Shown here: positions 13,576-26,559 of the stretch, piece by piece | Layout: each line of letters begins with the position of its first letter | Numbering within the stretch: position 1 is the stretch's first letter | Origin: Epiperipatus broadwayi | Lineage: Eukaryota > Animalia > Onychophora | NCBI GenBank assembly: GCA_028023455.1 | Contig: JAQFVV010000003.1 | Location: forward strand, 26,040,001-26,104,000 | Direction of reading: 5' to 3' | Length of the DNA stretch: 64,000 nucleotides | Translations under genes and position numbers: made by a program | Notes under the pieces: model-generated | The model's input: the letters and a program-made list of their open reading frames with translations, nothing else | Told to the model about the DNA's origin: nothing | The model's database searches: none

Positions 13576-16500
13576 TTAAAATTTAAATAAAACTGTTGAC
13601 TTATTAATTCAGATGTTGTAAAAACACATACTATATCAAAAATTTGTTTTTGTTGTATTTTAAATTATATTTTTACATAAAAAAATAAAAATATTAAAAA
13701 TCTAATGACCCAACAATTTTATAAATATTCTGTGCTCTACACATATACTTATGGATAATAAAAATCAAGTGGATTTATCCAAAGTTAATCAAACTTTGCA
13801 GCATGACTATATTCATCATAATATGAAAATTGGGTTTTACAATTTTACTTAAAATATATATTTACCTTTTTTGTTCATAGAATTAAAAAGCAAAAAAATT
13901 GGCACAAAGAATTTATTAATATTTATATAATTTTTTAAAACTACAAATAGTAAATGGAGTAAAATAACAACAACAAAAAAAAATGATAAAATTTCTATCA
14001 TAACTTAGGCGTGACATAAATATGAGTTAAGGGGGAAAAAAGGATAGTTAAGTAAAAAGACATGTTAGAACAGATTGCTTTTATCTTTAAAAAAAATTGT
14101 TATAAAAAATTTACAATAAAGATTTCAATGACAAATAGGCTTTTAATATATAAACTACTGGAACAATGAATTATTAAAATGGGCCAGTTAAATGATTTGC
14201 ACAAAGTATAGTTTTATGTAAAGCAGAAACTTAACATTTCTTAGTTTTTAATAGAGAAAATAAAATACAAGCTTGGAAAAAAATAAAATAGAACATATAA
14301 ATATAGAAATACTGAAGTATTAACTAAATGGATTAAAAAAAAGGATTCATTAAAAAAACCATTTTTAAAAATAAACAAATAATGGGGATATGTTAAAAAG
14401 AATAGTAAAAAAAAAACCAACATAAATGCTTGGGTATTAGTTTTATTATTCACAGAAAAATTGATGAAATAGTTATTTCACAAAATCCTTAATTTATTCA
14501 TCATTATTGAAATAATTTTGTTAGATATTTTAAAAATGGAGATCGTATAAAAGAAAAAAATCTATATATGAAACATTTGTAAGATTAAAACATTTATAGA
14601 AGACACAGATCTGGTGGTAATTTAAAGTTAGTATTTAATTGCCATTTTGTTTCTTATTTACATACAGAAGATAATAAGATAAATATTGTCAAGAAAATAA
14701 TGGAATTAACACTGGAAAATGAAAAGTTCAATGCATTAGGTTTGCAAATGTAGTTAGCTGACTGAACATAATGGTTAATAAGATTGATATTTGTAATAAA
14801 TTTGGGATAAAAAAAATTGTAAATAATATTAGTTGTGTACATAGATAAGAATAAAATTATATATTAATTGAATGTTGGTACTTGAAAATTATAATATTTG
14901 AAAAAGAGATGTAAAACCAATTAATATGAGTGAACAAAGTCATAAAAAATTTAAAGGATAGAAGTTAAAAACCTTATAAGAAGAGCAAATGACATAAAAA
15001 TCTAGAATAGTATTTCTCAAAAAAATTTAACCAGAGTGTAAATCCACTCTATTTCTAGCTTTAAAGATTTGTTACCATTGATTTAATTGTTAAATGGAGC
15101 AAAAAGAAAAATCTTATTAAATTTAAAATGTTTATTTATTTATTAATTATTTTAACAATGTATGGCTTATTAAAGTTTACGATGTAACTCTAAAACTGAA
15201 AGCTAAAACATTTATGTTAATAAGATAGCAATCTCAGGTAATCATAGTATTTTGTTGTCAAGTTCAGCCCAACATGTCTTCTAACAAATAATTATATAGA
15301 TACATAAGTTAAAATGTATGACATGCTGTATAAAATATAAAAAATATAATACACATTTGTATAAAACTCAATTTATGCATTTGACTTAACACTGATCTAT
15401 GATAGAGGATTGAAAAAGAATAGACTAGAGTGATTTATATATATGTAAAGCAATTAAATTATAAATGTTAAAAAAAAAAGACTTACAAATAAAGTTCACT
15501 GAATTCTATATATTGCATTACAGATCATTCTTTCAAGTTAATAATTTAATTGTTCATAATAAAATTTATCAAAACTAATTATTTATTAAACAAAATACAA
15601 ATTTATAGAAGATGGTTATTCAGTAGAGCAGTAATATGTTGTTTGTAATAATTCAAGTTTTGTTGATAAACTTTGATTATAATAGAATACACATTGTTTA
15701 CTGAACTGCAAATATACAGCATTTTTCTACATGCACATATATACAATATAGATGCATTTTTATATGCATATATATCAAGATTATAGTATAAACAAACAAA
15801 CAAAAAAAAATATAGTTAATAATAAATTGAGATGGGCACATTTTCTTAATTTTATTGATGTGTCTTCACTCATTTACATTTACTCAAAAATAATAGTTAA
15901 AAATGTATTTTTATTATTTAAATAAAATGAATAATAAAGTGTCTGACTTTCAACACAAATACACTCATGATGACACCTTTTTTTCTAATGAAATGTAACA
16001 ATAGTCACGTTTTCAGATTACATCCTCTTTAGTTGTTTTCAAGTCTATATCGACTTTGACAGTTCTTAAATTTCGTAAAATCTTAATGCTAATTTTTTAT
16101 TATGCAAAATAATGAACATCAAATTTAGAAAAAAATGATAGAAGAAAAATAAAATATATATGCTTTCAACATAAACCAAAATTTTTTTATTATTAAACAT
16201 ATCATGCAACAGCACTCCAAAATAAAAAAAGAGCTGCTGTTGTATTGTAAAATTTATCAAATTTTGAAAATTTAATGTTTATTTTTTTTAAAAACATAAT
16301 TGCATATATATTCGGAGATGGAAAAATGGCTGCTGGCATATGTAAAACGTGCTACATCTACAAATTTTTAATGTTTCTCTTGTATATTTATTTATATTTT
16401 AGTTTTGTTTATTTACACTTTTTTTTTGGATAGTCTATAATTGAAATAGGGTATATTGATATAGTGTAAATCATGGATTCACTATATTCAGTATAATTAT

Positions 16501-16634
16501 TAATAAAAAGTAAAAAATATAACTATTTTTTTAATAAAAAACTTCATTATTTAAAACAGAGAAAATGAATTTTTGAATTCCTCTGCTTCTAAGCATAAGT
16601 CAATTCTGGTTCATATTTTCCTCAAAAAAAAAAA

Positions 16635-18900
16635 ATTAACTTTTTTTTCTTATTATTTTCAACATTTATATTACTAATCAATATTTCCATTCTCCTTTAA
16701 AATCTACATTTCTTGGGCCTCCAATCTTTTCTCATCACTTCTTCAAATCGTCCGTGTTTTCTACTTCCTAACAAAACTATAATCTACACAGAACAATTAA
16801 AGTTTCTTTCTTGGATTAATTTCAATGAACTATAGAAAGACATTAATTAAAAGCCATGTTTGGACATCACAATTTTCATTGTAAATTCTTTGTACCTCTG
16901 TTTAATATCATCACTAAATAATTTCCTCTGGCCGAGTGGTCAGCACAGCTGCCTAAAAAGCAGTTGTCCCGGGTTTGCGGGCTCGCTTCCTGGCTGATGC
17001 TTTGACGCATGGAAAAAAAAACTTCCTCATTATTTAAAACACTAACTTGCTTTACAACTTCTTGATGAATGCTTAATCTTTTCTTCTCATCGCCTATTTT
17101 CATTACTTTCATTCCAAAGCTTTTATTTTACCAGCTCTATCAATTTTTCACATTTCAAGCTTATCCTTATTATCTGTAATTATTTCCATATTATTAAAAA
17201 ATGTGATAGAGTGAATGCACGATTTATCTAAATATGTATTGACAACAGCCCTGTATTTCAGATCTCCCTATATCCTCACCTCTTCTAAAATTTAAAATTA
17301 CACACATCTTATGATTAAAATAATTTTCCTAATCAACTTCTTCCTTTAGAATTTATATCTTTCAATAATTCCAACAAAGTAATTTAATTCATTTTATTGT
17401 ATGCCTTTTTAAGATCAATAAAAATTGAGCTTTTTTACTCACTCTATATTTCTCACAACAAATATTGCATTTTTGTAGTCTCTATATTTCGTAAATCTAA
17501 TGATTCTTTTCATCCAGAAATATGTCTATTAGAAATTTATTTATTCAACATCCATGACCAGACCTAAATTTATGTAAAACGTAGAGATTTAAACAATTTG
17601 CTCAAATCCTTTTTCCACATAGTATTTAATAATTCAATTGGAATCTCACAAATTCTCTATGTTTTACCATTTTTCATTTTCTTAAAGCTTCTATTTCTTT
17701 TTCCAGCATTACATAAACTATTTCATCGGCATAAACTATTTCAATGGTATCAACATTTTTTTTCCTTCAAGTAATGCAGATGGTTTGTTCTTTTTATTAT
17801 GCAAATCACTTACATATTTTCCCAGTCTTTTCAGTATATCTAATTCTTTATTAATAATTTACTATTTCAACTTTCAATAACTATTTCCTAGAGCTCAATC
17901 TTTCCATCCTTTTCATTGCAATTTTTATATTTTTCCTGTACATTTCTACTTTCTTTCTACAGAATTCACACTTTTTTTATTAACTATTTCATTACTAACC
18001 CAATACCATTTTGCTCAGTAATTTCTTTAAAAATTGCATGTCTTTACAACAATGTCCATTACATTTATTTTTTTATAATTTCCATCTTTTATTTGAATAA
18101 TTTTATCAATTCATTGTCCTACTCCTATTTACAATTATTTTCTTATGAAAGTCTGAAAATATTTCACTAATATAACTCAAGTTGTCAACTGCTCATTTCT
18201 TTTCTGTCTCAATATTTTTTATTCTTTTAAAAGATAGTCTTAATTCTACTACGATTAAAATGTGATCAAATCTATATTAGCCTCAAACTAAAAACTACTC
18301 TTAATAATATTAAATCAATTTTATGACTCATCTATTTTTACTGCCAGGAGTATTCCATGTGAATTCTGTTTTTGTAATTTTAAACTACATTTACTACCAT
18401 CATACTATTTTCTCTGCGAAAAATTATCACAACGTTCACTTTTCTTATTTCTTCCATGATTTTTAATCTTCAACAATTTTATCACCCCCCCCCTTCCCCA
18501 ATCCCATTAGTTCAGTATATTCACCATTCTCATTTTATAATTATTTTTATATTTCTTTTCAATTTCTTTATAGACGTTTTATAATTCTTCATCTTAAATC
18601 ATTACTTTGTTGGATATACTTCTTTTAATATCAAATGTGCCTTTATTATTTCATAAAACCACTTTCAACAATCTTAATAAAATCCACTTTCATTTCATCA
18701 AACAAAAAAAAAAAATTATTGTAGTCTTAACCCTATGGTCATCTCATGATTGTGCTTCAGATGCTGTTTTATATTTAGAGGAACAGATTACACAATTTTT
18801 ATAAACTATAGTGAAAACTTTGTTCTAATGACAATAAGTATGATTCTTCTACTACCAGAAACATTCTATGACTCTAATGGCACTTACCATTCCTTAGGAG
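16635..18900 (-). mobile_element. Degenerate RTE-like LINE (second family)
   Basis: Minus frames give DLKKAYNKM (RT motif, about 17390-17418), an endonuclease-like TPGSKNR...IDLIL region (about 18300-18360) and a GRPR-like C-terminus near 16710. An A-rich tail lies near 16635. Confidence 0.65.
16929..17021 (+). mobile_element. Short tRNA-derived SINE-like insertion inside the LINE
   Basis: A-box-like TGGCCGAGTGG, B-box-like CCCGGGTTTGC, and a 9-nt poly(A) tail at 17013-17021. Flanking direct repeat aaataatttcctc / aaaaaacttcctc (11 of 13 identical). Confidence 0.7.
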
Positions 18901-19802
18901 TTCCTTTAATTAACTTTGCCATAATAATCTGCATAAATGCAATGCATAAGATATAAATAATGAAATTTTGCCTACATAAAATAAATCATTACTTCTCTAT
19001 CATAAAATTCAGAATAAGTATGTTTAGCCAATCTTATGAATGCCATGCTTACAAATGAAGAAATATTCATTACATTTTATCCAAATAGGCAACCTGTGAC
19101 TGATAATAAGTTCATTGCTATACATTACATTTTTATTTCTAGTGATAGTGGTGACAATGACATATATAATATAAAAAGATGTATGCTAAGTCTCAATATT
19201 CCTGAGGAACAACCAATTAGCAACCTATTATTATTACAATATATGTAGTGTTTGCTTGCTATATATTTCTTAGCATTTTGTTATTATTTATCTAATCTAT
19301 TTATTAAGCTACTAATTCAAAGCTTTCACTCAAATGTTGGGGTAACCAAAAAATGATTTTTATTAGTAATAAACATATTTTAGATATATTGTAGACATTA
19401 ATCATCTAGACTGACAATGGAAGATAATATGAAGAATGAGAATCAAAATAATAAATTCCAGTGAAGCAGAAAAATGCATAAGAGAAAAAATGTAAGATAC
19501 TATTTTAGTGCAATGCATATTATTTTTGCCTTTAAAAATAAACTTTATAAAGTTCTGTTATCTTGACAAAATACTTCTATGTCTATGTTAATATGTTTAC
19601 AAAGACAAATGGATAAAATTTATAAATTTCAAAACAAGTCTCAGTATGAAATTGTAATTATTACTATCATAAGCTTTTAGTTATATTATTCAAAAATTTG
19701 AGTTAAAAAAATTGTGAATTGTTACATTATTTTGTAATTAATTAAATATATCAAAACATTAATGAAAAATATATTTAAAAAAACAAAAAAAACAAGCGCT
19801 AA

Positions 19803-19831
19803 CATGCTTGACAATGGTCTTTCAGCATGCA
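19803..19831 (-). promoter_or_regulatory. Two RBFOX-type motifs (TGCATG and GCATG) downstream of the 19934 donor
   Basis: The transcribed strand reads ggcTGCATGctgaaagaccattgtcaaGCATGttag, about 100-130 nt into the intron, within a locally GC-richer patch. Confidence 0.35.
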
Positions 19832-19933
19832 GCCATAGCAATGTCTCAAAAATTGCAAAATATCAGCCAATCTGCCAAACAAAACAAAACAAAAATTAAC
19901 TCATCAGGTAAATTCAAAATTTTTATCTTTTAC

Positions 19934-20032
19934 CTGAATCTGTGGCTGACTTGGTATAAAACATTGCCTGGTAGATGGTAAAAGTTGTGCAACAGATAAA
20001 GATACTGCTGGTGATAATGAAGGTGTGGCATT
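19934..20032 (-). CDS. Wnk: WNK 99-nt exon, or 3' part of a long 21157-19934 exon
   Basis: Pyrimidine tract ttttttttccttttctggttatgacatctcag|AAT GCC ACA ... CCA CAG ATT CAG|gtaaaa. Encodes NATPSLSPAVSLSVAQLLPSTRQCFIPSQPQIQ, phase 0 to phase 0, in frame with the upstream exon. Confidence 0.7.
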
Positions 20033-20383
20033 CTGAGATGTCATAACCAGAAAAGGAAAAAAAATGTTAGAGGTCTTGTTCTTGTGTATCAATTTATTTG
20101 AAAGTGAATTTAGTGAAGAAAGATTCAATGATGTTTGTGATGCAATAGGTACATTAGATGCTTCACACAATGCAGTGGAATAATGCAATTCCTTACCAGC
20201 ATGTAATTGCAATGGTGATGGAGAAGAATTATAATAAAAAAATGAAGAGTCCAGTGAAGACTGAGAAAAAAACTGACTGCTTAAATAAGGTAATGGATGT
20301 TTATAAAAATGTGACAAAAAATAATGAGATAAAGGATGATTAAGCAAATAGTATAATAACGAAATGCTATAATTGTACTCTAC

Positions 20384-21157
20384 CTGTTGATAGTATGGGG
20401 TTGCAGTAGTGCTAGTCTGATGGGGCACATTAGTAGATTGAATATTTCCCTGTTCAAACTGAGGAATATGCGGAGACTGAGAGGTTACATGATCTTTTAA
20501 TTGCTGCTGTTCTTGACCAGGTTGAGAAAGTTGCTGAGTTTGCTGATAAAGCTGCTGTGGCATTAAAGATTGCTGCAGAGATTGCTGGGATTGAATAAGT
20601 TGATGAATAGACTGTTGTGTCAATAACTGTTGACTATCAGTCGGTAAAGAATGAACATTAATGTTATCATTGTGAATAAACTGAACTGTAGTACCATCAT
20701 TCTGAATGTAATGAATAGTGGACTGCAATGATGGATGATCTGATGGAATATAATGCAATTGAGATTGATTATCATTCTGAATATATACTGAAGGCTGGAT
20801 TTCAAATTGATTTTGTGGAATAGTTGAATGGACTTCACTTTGACAACTAAGAGATGGTTGGCTTTCATTTTGAATAAACTGAATATTTGTTTGATTTTCA
20901 TTTTGAATATACTGTGAATCTCCTTGAACAAATTGAACAGATGGTAATTGCTGATTATCATTTGACATAAACTGGACAGAAGTTTGAATTGATTGGGTAT
21001 CAGTATGAGAACTCTGTATTGTTGGCTGACTCTGGTAGGTGTCAGAATGTTTATAATGAAAATGTTCTGGTTGAGATGGATAGTTTTGGTTAATGAAATT
21101 TGGCTTTGACTGTTGAAGAAAATTAGGATCTCTTCCTACTTGATGCATCTGCACACC
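20384..21157 (-). CDS. Wnk: WNK exon (Gln/His-rich disordered region), short-donor form
   Basis: Acceptor ttttttctaacag|GGT GTG CAG ATG, phase 0. Part of ORF 19904-21154. Candidate donor TAT CAA CAG|gtagag at 20383, where amino-acid composition changes abruptly. Length 774 nt = 258 codons. Confidence 0.85.
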
Positions 21158-23359
21158 CTGTTAGAAAAAAATGGAAAATTTTAATTCTGTTAAAATTTGC
21201 ACATATTATAAAACAAAAGTGTGTCAAAGTCTAAAAAATAAAATTCCTATTTTGCACTTTTTCCAGCTACCATTTAACACTATTTTTAACATGTGCTTAT
21301 TTTTAATATACATTCTTTCAACAATGAATAATTAAAAATATCTGATATCTAATCATAGAACTCTTGAAATTTCATCACAAAATTAAAAAGTAAACTACAA
21401 TAAAATCTAATTAGCTAATATAAAATGAAAACAAAATTAAAATTTATTTTAATAATAAGATTAAAAGATTCCAGAATAAGACATCACATTTAACCTTGTT
21501 TCTCACATCAAGGTAATACACACTTAAAACCAACAATTACCTGAATGCACTATTAGAATAGAAAAAGGCAAAAAAAAAAAAAAAAGATTGAAATAAATAA
21601 TTAAAGTTAAACCTCACTTTATAAAGCAGAAGTTCCATAAATTCAAAATAATAAAATTAGTCTGGATATTGATAAAATAAAGTTTAAAATATCCAGAACT
21701 TAAAATAAAGATTATTGAGATAATCAAATAAAACAAAGATTGTGTAAGATCTCTCTCTCTCAAAAGCAAACAACAACAGAAGTTTTAAATATGGCTAATA
21801 TTTATAATTAAAAAAATCTAAAAACCAGAAATTCTAAGTATTCTTAATCTGCATTTGTATTTAAAAATGGCTACATGCATAAATATCATCTTTAACTAAT
21901 TTTGATAACACGAGTCATTTTAAAATAAATTGCACTATCAACATATCACAATATCTATAACCAAAAAAGATTCAATTTTTTTTTAGAGGAAAGTCTATAA
22001 ATAGAGAATTATCATAAAACATCAACAATAACAGTATATATATAATCATTAGGCATTTAAACCAATTTGTAATGTAATTTATTCTTAAAATCTGAGGAGT
22101 TTTAAAAGCCGAACATCTTTACAAATCTTAAATTAACTGCCAGTAATTTTTTTTTTTTTTTCAGAATTAAATTGTAAACAAAATTTCAAAGATTAAGAGT
22201 GAAGTGAAAAATAGACCTCACATACAATAATGAAATAAGTGAGCCCATTATTTCTTCAATCCTTTGACAATAGAAACAGTAATGATTTTATTATTATTAT
22301 TATAGAGATGAGATGACAATCATATATTTACTTTGCAACTTAAAATTTATATAAGTTTATCATGAAATTAGATGGAAATTAAGTTCAATGTATCATCTAA
22401 AAGTTGTAGAATAAGTATTGATAAACTAATGAGAGTATATCTGTGATTCATTTATTAATATGGTTTACGGCCATTTTTATATAAAATAATACTCATAGTC
22501 TATGTCATGATGGGATGAAATTATATAATATTTAATTAATCAATATCTAGAGAAATATATAACATTTTCTTAAGGAAAAAAGTATCAAATTTTCTGAAAG
22601 ATATCTGTAAGAAATAACATCACAGATAAATCAGGTTCTCCAAAATTTCATATAATTTGAAACTGTGATTCATCTTTGCAAAAAATAAAAATGATTAGAC
22701 AAAAAAAAAAGTATCATGTTAGTTATATCATGTTTCATAGTTAAATGAATGCAATCTGATTGATAAGCTTTCTTTAGTAATCACCAAATAATTTGTCTAA
22801 TAATTTGATATGCTTCCAGCATTATTATTTACTTTTATGCTCATCAATTACTGCTTCTACATAAAGACATCTATTATAAATGATCTTTTTACCAAGCTTT
22901 TTATATGTTCAAAAGTGTTTTCTTCTACAGTGATTTTGTGTTTTTATGCTTACAATTCAACATAACATTTATTGTCCCTCAGTATTTCTTATAAAGTTAG
23001 GTCTAGTATGTTTCATTCTTGCATATTTAGTGAATGCAGTCGTAACTCTTGAAACAAATACATTAACAATTTTAGAGAACAATATTCCAGGGAATTAAGC
23101 AGTAAAAAGTGACTAGTTTTAAATTCAATCCAACATTTTTTTCAATAGTGTATGAAATGTTTAAGATTTTTCTATCATATACTTTTATCTGCAAAGAAAA
23201 AAATGCTATGTTAGTATGTTCTAGATAATGTGAAAAATATATTGCTAATATAAAAGGTGTTCCAATTAATGTTGTTCACTCCTATACACATATGCACATA
23301 GAGATATTTACATGGGGTTACATATAAATAAATCTACTTTGCAATAACTTTTAAAATAC

Positions 23360-23490
23360 CTGTACAGTATTACTATGAAACTGAGCTGATTGCTGAGGAA
23401 ATTGATGTGGCTGTACAACCTGTGAAAGTAAATTAGATACTCGTTGCTGACTATCAATACTTTTCATCATATTATCAGAAACACATTCAT
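23360..23490 (-). CDS. Wnk: WNK exon (Gln/Ser-rich linker)
   Basis: Reads tttttttttag|AT GAA TGT GTT TCT ... AAT ACT GTA CAG|gtattt. Length 131 nt, phase 1 to phase 0, matching the phases of both neighbouring exons. Open frame (N)ECVSDNMMKSIDSQQRVSNLLSQVVQPHQFPQQSAQFHSNTVQ. Confidence 0.85.
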
Positions 23491-25371
23491 CTAAAAAAAA
23501 AAAAAAAAAGAAATACAAATTTTATAAAAATGATAATCAATGGACAAATAAAAATGTAATTATATGTTCCAGTGTGATATGAATTTTTAAATTTTAAAAC
23601 TAATCCCAATCCTCGACAAATCTGTCACTTAAAATATGTACTATATTATTTTTCCATTTATTAATAAGAAACATTTAACTCACATATGCATAAAAGAGTT
23701 TGAAGATTAATTAAAAAGACTTGAATAAATTCAGAATGCAAATTGAAGGTTATTCATAAGATGGACAAAACATTGCTATAATTTAAAAAATTTCAGAATT
23801 TTATAAAATACAAATTTGTGACTTTTTCCTGCATGAGTTATCAACACAATGATCACACTAAAATTATGTCTTCAGAATAATCTCCAAATTCTCCAATAAA
23901 GGTTAGTTAAACATGGAAAATAAATGACCTTGGGAATATAATAATAAATTGTTCTAAAACCTGTTTTCTCATTTTACAAAAAATCAAACCAATAATAATT
24001 TGAAAGCTTATGAGTTAATAAAATAATTTTTCTATTAGAAACACAATTACTTCTTATAGTAAAGTTCTATCATTCATTTTTCCTCCCTCCGAAAACAGCA
24101 ATGAATCTCTTTTCTGATACCATTGTTCTGCAGTTTATTTACTAATACCACGGGTAATACATACAATAATAAAGAATTTATAATTCATTACTTGATTTAC
24201 TTTTCTTTATGAGTTATTATTAATATCTCAATGTCATATTAATATATACTTTCAACACTGTTATGCTTCACATAGATTCTAGAAGACAATGACTTGCCTA
24301 TTTTTTTTGAAGATCTATAAAATATGGCACAATGCATTCTTGTTCATTTATTCACTACTTGAAAAAAAAGGAGAAAAGGTAAGATATTATTAAAGTAAAT
24401 AAATTTTCTAAGTCTAATTCTAAATTTATTTAGAATTTTCTTGCCATTAATGTTTAAAAAGTTTGCTAGACTAAGTTTTAATATCTACTATTTTAATTTC
24501 TAAATATTTAGGAGTAATAGATAAGATCTCTTCTAAATGATCAACAAGCTATAAATATTTTATTTACTGTCTAATACTTTATTATCTAGACAGTAAAGAT
24601 TCACTATTTACTTGGAAGCAAAGTTTTATTTATTACTTAAGTGAAAAAAAATCTAATATTTCAGCAAACTTCAAAATAGATTTATCTGATGATACAAAAA
24701 TATAGAATATTTTCTCCTCATTAAAAATTGTGTGTATATTGAATTCATATAATGAATGGGTGTTTGTGTTTTTTATTTATGATTTAATTGTAATATATAT
24801 TCATTGTTTTTCTAAAAATACTGAATTGTATCTTTTTAGAAGAAGTATTTAATCATCATTTTGGCATCATAGTTATAAAGAAAAATCAATACTAATAAAA
24901 ATTTAATATATATTTGAAGTGTTAAATATCATTATAATGATGTATAAAATTAAAAGTTACAGTTTTATAAATAATAATTTGCATAATTTTTATTCAATCA
25001 AATTATATAAAGAGCTCTTAAGAAGATTTAGATCAATCAAAACTATAAATAAATAATTATAAAAATATATTCAAATATATATAAAAAGAATATTTTAAAA
25101 AATAATTTCTAACCAAGAATTTATTTCTATACCCTATATTGTAATAGGATATCTTTGAGAAAAAATTGATTCTTGTATACATAAAACCCACTGGCTACTA
25201 TTTTAAAGACAGTGACAATAAGCAGGTTGAAATTTTACTATTTTCTATTTTTAAAAACCTTATCAATTACATAACACAATTTATAATGTATTATAATTAA
25301 TAACTACTGGTGTAATAGGGTATCTGCTATTTAGATAATAATCAGCTACTTTAGTTGATAATTGATTATAC

Positions 25372-25825
25372 TAGGGGTGGGCAATTGTTTTGGATCGGAG
25401 GCCGCATCAGGGGCCACTTTGTGGACGCAAAGGTTAACGGAGGGCTGCATCTTTTTTTCATGACAGAATAATCACCCTGCTTTATTCCCTGTATTACCAA
25501 AGAAATATTTGTTTGTCCATTCTTCATTAAACACATGACATTCATTACCGATTTTACATTTTTTTGGAGCATTCATGGTTTCACTAAAGTTGGTAATGTA
25601 TATATTTGCTAATGCAAAGACAAAATTGAAATTAATCAGATCAATTGGAAAAGCACTTCACATCGTATCTACACTGCACATGTATATTGATGTGGCCATC
25701 CTAGTGGAAAATGTGAGATGAATATTAGGTCATGCAATGGGAAGGAAATCTCAATCCTAGGTGGATTTTTCTGATTGTCTTGGTGGGCCGCATGTGGCCC
25801 CCGGGCTGCAATTTGCCCGCCCCTG
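25372..25825. mobile_element. hAT-superfamily MITE (454 bp)
   Basis: TIRs TAGGGGTGGGCAA ... TTGCCCGCCCCTG. Perfect 8-bp TSD GATTATAC at 25364-25371 and 25826-25833. Confidence 0.92.
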
Positions 25826-26559
25826 GATTATACTCAATATCTGATATAAAAATTAGATATTAATAATTTATGTTTTTAATACAAGTAAGCTGAATAAAAA
25901 AAAATCAAAAAATACTAATATTACAGCGTTTTGACAAATTCAAATTTCCACATTTTTGACTTTTTTTATGATGGGAAAAAAAATTAATGATTTTCTGATA
26001 TGTTAATCATACAGTGAAAAACTGATGTGTTCAAACCTGTAGCAACTACAAGAATAACTGGTTCTTGCTGAATTTTGAACATTTCGCAATTTTAATGTGT
26101 ATAAATTATACTTTATCAGCTGTTCAATGGATAGGTTCTTAAAAAAGTTTGTTAAATAAAAACTTCATGAACAAAATGCTAATAGTGAATAATATTTTGT
26201 AGAATATTTGAGAGTAATAACAACTTTAAATCCAATATCTTCCTTTTTAAAATTAAGTTTAGATGTGGATTTAAAAAAAAAAACTTGCAGGAAAGGAAGG
26301 ATGAATTTCTACTTCCAACTTGAATTATAGTTGTACAGTACAATTTATTGTTATGATTTAAATTTTTGCTGCATTTTTTAATATAAAATTACACATAAAA
26401 ATGAAAAAAAAAAAAAACCTAAAAGAAAAACAGCACTTAAAATTTGACACGTTGAATATTATTTCATTTCAATGATGTAAAAAAATAATTTATAATAACT
26501 AGATAAAATATCTCAATCACAGTTCTACAGACATTTTTACTAAAAGAAGCTGAGTTTGT

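Noticed and set aside
1-19800. Search for further downstream WNK exons
   Set aside because: No segment with convincing splice sites, an open frame and WNK motifs (e.g. RFxV, second CCT domain) was recognised. Small low-complexity exons could have been missed.
20158-20961. Short ORFs 20158-20343 (+) and 20620-20961 (-) overlapping the WNK exon
   Set aside because: They are by-products of the low-complexity exon and show no domain evidence.
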